Part shown: in pieces, positions 11,988 through 21,179 of the stretch
Numbering within the stretch: position 1 is the stretch's first letter
How the letters are laid out: each line of letters begins with the position of its first letter
NCBI RefSeq assembly: GCF_044704955.1
Contig: NC_091984.1
Location: forward strand, 144,832,001 to 144,896,000
Length of the DNA stretch: 64,000 bases
Direction: 5' to 3'
Source: Pristiophorus japonicus
Taxonomy: Eukaryota
The notes under the pieces: model-generated
Seen by the model: only the letters and a program-made list of their open reading frames with translations
The model's database searches: none
What the model was told of the DNA's origin: nothing
Program-made: the position numbers and the translations under genes

Positions 11988-12325
11988 TTTTTTTTTTTGT
12001 TTTTGTTTTTGTTTTTGTATTCGTTGCCAATCTTTCCAATTCTTTGTCAAATCACAAACGCCAGAGGTCACCTTGCACACATCAAGGATCACTCTGCGCC
12101 AATGCTCTTAGCCAAAAGGCCTATAGCCACTGCACCGTTCCTGGAAGTACTGCAATACCAGGTTCGTGCCATGGAGGTGGATGGGTCAAACCACCCCACC
12201 CACCTCTTATTTCCAAAAAGCATAGGAGAACCACCTTCCTGATCCAGGGAGAACCACGTTGGGGTCATGGTTACTCCCCTGTCAGGTCAGCTACGCATGA
12301 TCTTAGCCAAAAGGCCGAGAAGCGA
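11988..12325 (-). mobile_element. U2/U1 snRNA-derived chimeric SINE, copy 1 (full length)
   Basis: Minus strand in order: TCGCTTCTCGGCCTTTTGGCTAAGATCA (U2 5'); CTGACCTGACAGGGGAGTAACCATGA..GTGGTTCTCCC (U1 5'/SL I); TTTTTGG..CCTGGTATTGCAGTACTTCCAGGAACGGTGCA (U2 3'); GGCCTTTTGGCTAAGA; unique tail; (CAAAAA)n/poly(A). Confidence 0.88.
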
Positions 12326-12756
12326 CAGTTTTTTTTAAATTTCAAAATATACTTTATTCATAAAAGGAATCTGTACAGTACATTCAATGGCATTTCATTA
12401 CATTTCGCTGCGGTCAGCAATCCCATACAATACATCTGGGTGCTGACAGCAGTTGCGTTCGTTACATTTCTCGTTTTTCTGTTCAACTGCGATTCAGTAC
12501 AATAAACAGGGTACATTGTGGTACATTTACTCAAATTACATTTCATGTGTTACAATACAGAGCCCGAAATGGGTGACGGTACATTTACATTTTGTCTTAT
12601 CAAACATGCATTTCATAACACACCTTGCATTGTACATGGCACGACATTGGTGTTTACAGATTTGGTGCTCTATGTACACAAAGTGTAAATTACAAATACC
12701 GCCCGAGGGAGGTTTGTACTGATTTCTGCCCCCGGGTTTTCCGTGGCAGAAGGGCT

Positions 12757-15700
12757 TTAGACTGTGGCCCTACCCCACCGTGCCTTTGCGGCGACTGCAT
12801 CAATTTTCAGTGCGTCCCTCAGCACATATTCCTGGATCTTGGATTGCGCCAGTCTGCAACATGCGGACGTGGTCATCTCCTTGTTCTGGAAGACCAGCAA
12901 GTTTCGGCAAGACCAAAGAGCGTCTTTGACCGAGTTGATGGCCCTCCAGCAGCAGGTGATGTCTGTCTCGGTGTGTGTCCCTGGGAACAGCCCGTAGAGC
13001 ACAGAGTCCTGTGTTACGGAGCTGCTTGGGATGAACCTCGACAGCAACCACTGCATCTCTTTCCAGACCTGCGTTGCAAAGGCGCAATCCTGAAGGAGAT
13101 GGGCGACAGTCTCGTCCGCCCCGCAGCCGGCCCGGGGGCACCGTGCCATGCTGCTGAGGCGTCGGCTGTGCATGAACACTCTGACGGGTAGGGCCCCCCT
13201 CACCGCCAACCAAGCTACGTCTTGGTGCTTGTGTGTGAGCTTTGGCGATGAGACGTTCTGGCAAACAAGTTCGACAGTCCGCTCAGGGAACCACCTGACA
13301 GGGTCCACCGTCTCCTTCTTTCGGAGGGCGTCCAGGACCTTACGTGCTGACCACTGTTTGATGGCCTTGTGGTCAAAGGGGTTTCTTTTGAAGAACTTTT
13401 CCACGAAGGACAGGTGGACAGGCATGGTCCAACTGGTGGGGGCGTTTCGCGGCAGCGTGGCCAGACCCATCCTTCTCAACAATGGGGACAGGTAGAACCT
13501 CAGCACGTAGTGACACTTGGTGTTTGCGTACTGGGGGGCTGTGCATAGCTTGATGCAGCCGCACACAAAGGTGGCCATCAGGATGAGGGCCACGTTCGGA
13601 ACGTCCTTTCCTCCACTGTCCAGAGATTTGTACATCGTGTCTCAGCGGACACGGTCCATTTTGGATCTCCAGACAAAGTGGAAGACGGCTCGGGTGACTG
13701 CCGCGGCGCTGCAGCGTGAGATGGGCCAGACCTGCGCCACGTACAACAACACCGAGAGCACCTCGCTCTTGATGACCAGGTTCTTGCCTGTGATGGAAAG
13801 GGAGCGCTGCTCCCAAAATGACAGTTTCTGTCTGACCTTGGCAATGCGCTCGTCCCAGTTTTTGGCGCACGCCCCGTCCGCTCCGAATCATATTCCCAGC
13901 ACCTTCAGGAAATCTGGCTTGACGGTGAAGGGAATGGAGGCTCGGTCGGTCCAGTGACCAAAGAGCATGGCCTCGCTTTTGGTGCGGTTGACCTTTGCTC
14001 CCGAGGCCAGTTCAAACTGGTCGCAGATTGCGAGCAATCTGCGGACCGACTGCGGGTCCGAGCAAAAGACGGCGACGTCGTCCATGTACAGCGAGGTTTT
14101 GACCTGGGCGCCTCCGCTGCCTGGGATCGTCACCCCTCTGATGCCCGCATCCTTCCTGATGGACTCGGCAAAGGGCTCGATACAACACACAAACAAGACA
14201 GACGAGAGAGGACAGCCTTGCCTGACTCCAGATCTGATTGGAAAGCTTTGAGTTTCCCACCCGTTGATTAGAACTGCACTACTGATGTCTGTGTCGAGCA
14301 GTTTGACCCAATTTCGGATGCCCTCCCCGAACCCCATTTTGGAGAGCACGTCCATCAGGTACGTGTGCGATATCCTGTCAAAGGCTTTCTCCTGGTCTAA
14401 GCTGATTAAACAGGTGTTCACCCTCCTGTCCCGCATGTAGGCGATCGTATCTCTGAGTAGCGCGAGGCTATCAGAGATCTTCCTGCCGGGGACAGCGCAG
14501 GTCTGGTCCTGGTGAATCACCAGCTCAAGGGCAGACTTGACCCTGTTGGCGATGACCTTCGACAGGATCTTGTAGTCCACATTGAGCAGCGAAATGGGCC
14601 GCCAGTTTTTGATTTCCTCCCTCTCCCCCTTTCCTCATCGATTCTGACATGCTGCCGGCCAGAAGCATACCTCCGTACACTTCCAGCAGGTCTGGGCCTA
14701 TCCAGTCCCACAGAGCCGAGTACAACTCGACCGGTAAGCCATCGCTTCCGGGAGTTTTATTCGTCTCGAAGGACCGGACGGCCTTTGTCAGCTCGTCCAG
14801 AGTTAGCGGGTGGTCCAGACTCTCTCGCTTGCCGTCGTCTAAGACCTCCGAAATAGATGACAGGAAAGACTGGGAGGCCGCACGGTCTGTGGGCTTGACG
14901 TCGTACAGCCTGGCATAGAAGGATTTGCTGATCCTCTGCATGGCAGGCTGCGAAGACGTCACAGAACCGTCTTCTTCCTTTAGGCTGGTGATCACAGAGC
15001 TCCCCCTGTGTACCTTTTGGAAGAAGAAACGCGAACACGTCTCATCCTGCTCGACGGAGCGGACTCTGGATCGGAAGATGATCTTGGAGGACTCCGAGGC
15101 AAAGAGCGAGGCTTGCTGGCCCTTCACCTCTTCGAGTTCCTCCACAACATCGACCCCCATCGACTGCAGCAGGAGCAGGTTTTGCATATTTGTCTGGAGT
15201 CGGGACAATTCCCTCTGTCTCCCTCTCGCCTCCTGAACACCTTTGAGGATGAAGAACCTCTTGATGTTCGTCTTGATTGTTTCCCACCAGTGAATCGGGG
15301 AATCGCAGAGGGGTTTTACGGTTCTCCAACCGTTGTAATCCCTCTTGAGTTCCTCAATGTTTTCCGGAGTCAACAGTTTCACGTTCAGCTTCCATATCCC
15401 TCTGCCAACTTTCTGGTTGTCCTGTGGGTGACAGTCAGCCAGTAGGAGGCAGTGGTCAGAGAAGAACACCGGCGTGATGTCGGTGGATCTGACCTTGAGC
15501 GTGTGGGACACAAACAGGAAGTCAATTCTGGAACGGACGGACCCGTCTGGTCTCGACCAGGTGTATCTGCGCGGTGCTCCGTCTGCAGGGTTGCTGAAGA
15601 CGTCGCACAGCTTGGCATCTTTTACCGTATCCATCAGGAGTTTGGACGTGGCGTCCAGTTTGCTGTCGGCTCTGCTGGATCGTCCAGCCGCATCGATGAT

Positions 15701-16135
15701 GCAGTTGAAGTCACCACCCAGAATGACCGGCCTGGACGTTGCCAGTAACAGTGGGAGCTGCTGGAAGAGGGCCAGCCTCTCGTTCTTCACAGCTGGAGCG
15801 TAAACATTAATTAACCTGAGAGGGGAGTTTTTGTACATTACATCTGCTACGAGGAGGCGGCCGCCCACCACCTCCTTAACTTCGGTGATGGTGAAGTGGC
15901 CTCCCCGCAGCAGAATGCCCAAGCCGGAAGCTCGGCTGTCGTTGCCCCCTGACCAAATGGATGGTCCATGGGTCCACCATCGTGACCACTGCCGGTAACT
16001 GCTGAAGTGCGGCAGGCCGCACTCCTGCAAGAACAGCAGGTCCGCTTTGACCTTGGCGAGGTACCCCAAGGTGGAAACACATCGCGTAGTCGATTTCACG
16101 CTACGCACGTTAATACTAGCAATTTTTAAATCCAT
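12757..16135 (-). pseudogene. Tx1 ORF2 (APE endonuclease - RT - C-terminal zinc finger), disrupted
   Basis: ASINVRS, FLQEC, GGDFNC, SRIDF, FSDH (APE); LDQEKAFD, GVRQGCPLS, YMDD (RT); CPRAGC..ETVAHLLQDC. Frameshifting deletion at ~14625 and TGA stops at 13888-13890 and 13642-13644. Confidence 0.92.
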
Positions 16136-16155
16136 TTTTAAGCTATGTTTTACAT

Positions 16156-17644
16156 TTACATACATTGCAGTTCAGATACATCGTTTTCAATTTCAGATAA
16201 ATTGTTGTCAATTTCCCCATATTCCACAATGGCGATTTCCAGCATGTGTAAGTTATTACTATCCACATCAAGTTGAACATTTACTGCCCCTGGGGTGGCG
16301 TGGTCATCATCGTCCTCTGTTGTGGGGATGTTTTGACCAGGGGACTGCTGCAGTTCTGTGATTAAGTCCTCAATGTTCTCTGCACTGTCCTCGCCTGGTG
16401 TTGGTGGTTCCCCCTTTTCCTCAGTCGCGGCGGTGTCGAGCTGGTGTGCGTCGATCGCTGCGTCGCTCCCGGTGTTCCGGAGGTGGGGTGTGCTGGGCAC
16501 TTCGCTGCTCTCGTTATCCCGGGCTGGTCTGCGTTGGTTGCTCCTTCGCTGGGTCCTTCGTTGCTCTCAGGTTCCTGGGGCAGGGCTGTGTTGGTCGCTT
16601 CCCTGCTCCTGGTTTTCTGTGGCCGTGGGATGGCGCATTGCCTCTTCTTCAGGCGGTGGCACTTTTCCTCATCAGACAAGCTGCCGTCGCTGGTTTCTGC
16701 CGAGCTTGGTGGTCGCCTCTTGGCCTTGCGCCTTTTCCTTACTGTCTGCCATTCTGCTTCCTCGTCTGATGTCAGCTCATCTCTGGGTTCGGTGCTCTGG
16801 GGTCCTCGCCGTCTTGTCCCGAGTTCATGGTTGGGGGGAGGGTGTGGCTCTCCTCTGGAGCGTTGTGTCCGTCAGCTTCCTCCTCCTCTGGTGCAAAGTT
16901 CTTTGCTGCCTGCGCATAGCTGCGATTGCGTTTGGGGCAGTTTTTGTAAAGGTGCCCAGCCAGACCACAGAGGTTGCAGCACTTGGTCTCCTTGCAGTCT
17001 TTTGACTGGTGGCCCTCGTTCTTGCAGTTTCGGCAGATGACAGTCTTGCAGCTTGCCGCCACATGGCCTGCCTTCCCGCAGGTGCGGCACACGTTGGGTT
17101 GGCCAGCGTACACCATGTAGCCCCGGCTTCCTCCGATGGAAAAGCTGGAGGGGGGGTGCAGGATGGTTCCGCTGGCGTCCACCTTCAAGGTGACCTGGAT
17201 CTGGCGCTTGCTAGTCCATATTCCGTGCCCGTCTTTCACGTCACTGCTGCTTCCTGCCCCATCGAAAAACCTGTTGAGGAAAGTCAGCACATCGATGACG
17301 GGGATGTGGGGGTCGAACATTTGCACTGTGATAGTGCGTCTTCTCTGCGACGGGAGGGTGAACAGCGGCTCCCAAGTTAGCACTGAGCGCACCGGTTCAC
17401 TCGCCTCCTTCAAACCCTTCAGGAACTTCAGGCAGAGGGTGACGGTTCTGAAGGTCACATCGAAGTAACCTCTCTTCGGGAGGTCCTGCAAGGCGAAGAC
17501 GTCGGCGACTTTCATGCCACATGTTCCCAGCAGGATTTTCTTCACGAAAAGTTCCCGGTTGATCATTGTCTGTCCTTCCACTTTCTTTACCGTCACTCGG
17601 ATGGTGTTTCGGACTCCCTGGTTCGCCGCTCGGTTGGCCGCCAT
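16156..17644 (-). pseudogene. Tx1 ORF1 (ZCCHC3-like N-terminus, three CCHC knuckles, acidic low-complexity tail), frameshifted
   Basis: MAANRAANQGVRNTIRV..YFDVTF; CRTCGKAGHVAASC, CRNCKNEGHQSKDC, CNLCGLAGHLYKNC. The natural frame continues DELTSDEEAEWQTVRKRRK after a frameshift near 16800. Confidence 0.85.
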
Positions 17645-17896
17645 CCGGGTTGCAGATTCCTCCTTTCGCTGTGAGTTTTGGCCAAAGCCTTCAACCTGGC
17701 GTTGCCCCAGTCCGGGGCACGGGCGGACCTCCAGGCCCACCCCTTGACAGGCCCAAAGGCCCGTCGAATCGTCAGTCGACATGCAGATTTTGTCTCCTCT
17801 CTCCAATTGGCGCCTGGCTCAAGCCAAAGGCCAGAGCCAGCAAAACTGGAAAAACGAGTTTCTGCAGTCAGTCGATTTGCATATGAATGCCCAATC

Positions 17897-17939
17897 AACA
17901 GGTACTACACTTGATCTTAGCCAAAAGGCCGAGAAGCGA
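17897..17939 (-). ncRNA. U2 snRNA 5' fragment (nt ~2-44) forming the head of the Tx1 element; not a complete gene
   Basis: TCGCTTCTCGGCCTTTTGGCTAAGATCAAGTGTAGTACCTGTT differs at one position from vertebrate U2 as recalled, and includes the GTAGTA branch-point recognition sequence. Confidence 0.9.
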
Positions 17940-17942
17940 CAG

Positions 17943-18240
17943 TTTTTAAAAAAAAATTATTTATTCGTTGCCAATCTTTCCAATTCTTTGTCAAATCACA
18001 AACGCCAGAGCTCACCCTGCACCTGTCAAGGATCACTCTGCGCCAATGCTCTTAGCCAAAAGGCCTAGAGCCACTGCACTGTTCCTGGAAGGACTGCAAT
18101 ACCAGGTTCGTGCCATGGAGGTGGATGGGTCAAGCCACCCCACCCACCTCCTATTTCCAAAAAAGCAAGCATATACCTTCCTGATCCAGGGAGAACCACT
18201 TTGGGGTCATGGTTACTCCCCTGTCAGGTCAGTTACGCAT
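17943..18240 (-). mobile_element. U2/U1 chimeric SINE, copy 2 (lacks first ~27 nt)
   Basis: Colinear with copy 1 from ATGCGTAACTGACCTGAC to the A-rich tail. Confidence 0.88.
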
Positions 18241-18513
18241 TTTTTTTTTTTTTAATTTTTTTTTTTGAAATTCGTAGCCAATCGTTCCAATTCTTTGTCA
18301 AATCACAAACGCCAGAGGTCACCTTGCACACGCCAAGGATCACTCTGCGCCAATGCTCCTAGCCAAAAGGCCTAGAGCCACTGCACCGTTCCTGGAAGTA
18401 CTGCAATACCAGGTTCGTGCCATGGAGGTGGATGGGTCAGGTCCCCCACACACCTCCGTGGAGATGGATGGGTCAAGCCACCCCACCAGGTCAGTTACGC
18501 ATGATCTTAGCCA
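18241..18513 (-). mobile_element. U2/U1 chimeric SINE, copy 3 (U1 part largely deleted, internal duplication)
   Basis: Starts TGGCTAAGATCATGCGTAACTGACCTGG and jumps to the U2 3' half; GGAG(G/A)TGGATGGGTCA duplicated; long poly(A). Confidence 0.85.
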
Positions 18514-18759
18514 GCACCGCCTGTAGTTGTGTGTGTGTGTGTGTGTGACTGTTACCCAGCACCGCCTGTAGGTGTGTGTGTGTGACTGTTACAGTACTGT
18601 CATGGCGGCCTGAGGAGAGTGCCGCGATGATGCTCCAGCTCCTGTGGGGGTCGGGGGTCGTTAGGGGATTGGAGTGAGGGGGGGGTGGGAGACCAGGGGG
18701 GTGATCGGGGGCTGACCTTGTGTGGAACGGTGGGGACCAGGGTGGTCGGGGGGGTTCTC

Positions 18760-19212
18760 AGAGTGTCTCACCAATACCCTGTACAGATGTAGCTAGACTT
18801 CCCTGCTTTTATACTCCATCCCCCTTGCAATAATGGCCAACATTCTATTGACCTGCCTGATCACTTGCTGTACCTGCATACTAACTTTTTGTGTTTCATG
18901 CACAAGGACACCCAGGTCCCTCTGTACTGCAGCAGTTTCCAATTTTTCTCTATTTTAAAAAAAATTTGCTTTTCTATTCTTTCTGCCAAAGTGGATAACC
19001 TCACATTTTCCCACATTATACTCCATCTGCCAACGTTTTTCCCACTCACTTCGCCTGTCTATATCCCTTTGTACATTTTCTCCTCCTCACAATTTGCTTT
19101 CCCATCCTTCGTCATAGGCAGTCCATGGGATTCGAGGAAGACTTGCTTCCACTCTTAAAATCAGTCCTTAGGTGGCTACAGTCCAATACGAGAACCATAG
19201 TCCCTGCCACGT
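18760..19212 (-). mobile_element. CR1 RT fragment followed by an RTE-type 3' end
   Basis: CR1 sequence 18760-19105. GGCAGTCCATGGGATTCGAGGAAGACTTGCTTCCAC resembles the RTE 3' end at ~28507-28540. Confidence 0.65.
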
Positions 19213-19589
19213 GGGGAACTAGAGATGATTCTGCAAACCTGACTGGAGGTTTGGTACAAACAGGTTTTACAAACCGATCAATTGAGTTTCACAGAAATTG
19301 TCAAAAAATTTGCTCTTTTCAGAACCAACATCGCCCACTTTTGGTATGAAGACAGCACTGCCAATTTCCCTCACAATTTGACTGAGCTGCAATTTTCAAT
19401 GTCTCCTTACGTGGCTCGCTGTCAATCTTTATTCTATAACGCTCCTGTGAAGCGCTCGGGGAGTATTACTGTGTTAAAGGTGCTGTATAAAAGTTGCTAT
19501 TGTTGTTTGTTCTGAGTTAGCTGTTCCAACTGAGGTCGGGATATGACTCACAGCTCAGACTGTGCGGCATCAGTGATGCAATGTTGTAT

Positions 19590-19930
19590 CGTGGGTTGAA
19601 GCCCCACTCCAGGGACCTAAGTGTAAAATAAAGATATACACTACTGTGCAGTCCTGAGGGAGTGCTGCACTGTAAGCGGGGCAGCACTGAGGGAGTGCTG
19701 CACTGTAAGCGGGGCAGCACTGAGGGAGTGCTGCACTGTAAGCGGGGCAGTACTGAGTGAGTACTGCACTGTCAGAGAGGCAGTACTGAGGGAGTGCCAC
19801 ACTGTTGCAGGTGCAGTACTGAGGGTGTGCCGCACTGTTGGAGGGGCAGTACTAGGGGAGTGCTGCACTGTCTGAGGGGGAGGACTGAGGGAGTGCCGCG
19901 CAGTGGGAGAGGTAATGCTGAGGGGGTGCT
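19590..19930 (+). repeat. SINE head followed by a ~33-bp minisatellite amplified from the SINE body
   Basis: About 8-9 units of GCAGTACTGAGGGAGTGCTGCACTGT..., matching 10005-10040 of the Deu-SINE. Confidence 0.8.
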
Positions 19931-19969
19931 TGTAGGTGGTTTTCTCAGGCGTACCGAAAACGCACCTCC

Positions 19970-21130
19970 TGTTACAAGTTCTGGACGATAGGGATTATAT
20001 GGACAGATCAGACTCGCACACATGCTTTTCGGTCTGAACCGTATTGTGTTTAATAAGATTAACAACACCACTCATAAATAGTGCAAAACATTACAACCCT
20101 GGCTTGTCCAATAAGCCCTGCCGTGATAAGTTACCACGGCTTAATAAAAGAACCCTCCCCTGAAATAAACTAACACAGGACCCCCCAGCACTAAACCCCT
20201 TGGGTTTGGTTGGGACTTACAATCACCCCCTCACACAGCTAAGTGGTCTTGTGGATGTGTAGGTGCAGGCAATATGCTCACCCTGATTGCCCGTTGTCTT
20301 GCTCGCAGCTTCTTCCTGAACGTCTCGCTCCCGGGCTTTTTCCTGGGCTTTCTTCTGAACTTTTCCTGGGATTTTCCCTGGCATTTTCCCTGGGATTTTT
20401 CCAGAACTTTCTTCCTCCTGATTTGGAGCTTGTTGCAAAGCGACTCCTTTTCTCCCCAAGTCCCATGATCATTCCTCCCGCCAATACTGACCGATGGATT
20501 GACTCCGGTGATCTGTCTGGACCACATCCCCACCCCTCGTAGCCTTTGAAATCTTTGTGAAAAATGATATTTTGTTTTCCCGCTCCCAGGCCTTGCATCT
20601 GGAGAGACAATGGGTGCTGATTACTGGATGTCTGTCGTTTCCTGAGTTGATGGCCCCCATTAGCAGGTAATGGGTTTCGATCACAAACCGATCTTACTTA
20701 ACCGGTTTATCTCCTGGAAGACAATGGGCTGGCCATTTCCTGCCTTGCACCAGTTTGGGTTGGGACTGAGTCATGACTGTGCTTTAATAATGCGAAGGCA
20801 CAGTGTCTCTGAGTTACCTCTCGGGGTATTGTTCCCAGGAATCACTTTAGATGGTGATTACATCAATAGGCCTGGGTTCCCTGCCACCCAGCCTGTCAGT
20901 GTGAAATGTCCGGTTGTATATGAATGCACCTCAGTGCCACCCCCACAAGCTCGCCAAACAGGACAGTTCTTTCTTGGGGATTTGGATTTAACGGTTTAAA
21001 GTATTGTTAATAGAAATGGCCAGAACACTGGTGCTACTATTCCTCACCTGTCCCTCTCTACTAACCACCCACCCCCCCAACGGGGATAATAATGGTATGC
21101 CCCCACCCCGCCCGGGACAATAACAATAAT
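19970..21130. mobile_element. Unclassified insertion, possibly a long retroviral LTR
   Basis: Begins TGTTACA, is non-coding and has internal 12-bp repeats. The right boundary and TSD are not resolved. Confidence 0.3.
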
Positions 21131-21179
21131 GGTATGCCCCCCACCCCCACCTCCCACCGGGACAGTAATGTTCAACCAA

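Larger units (their letters stand above)
12329..17939 (-). mobile_element. Near full-length Tx1-clade (L1 group) non-LTR retrotransposon with a U2 snRNA-derived 5' end (Keno-like)
   Basis: Two ORFs, 3' UTR with AATAAA and an A-rich tail. The 5'-terminal 43 nt match U2 snRNA. Confidence 0.92.

Noticed and set aside
12329-17939. Currently active Tx1 copy
   Set aside because: ORF2 has a frameshifting deletion and two stops, and ORF1 is frameshifted.
11988-18513. Functional U2 or U1 snRNA gene cluster
   Set aside because: Only fragments in chimeric order with poly(A) tails; the middle of U2 and most of U1 are missing.
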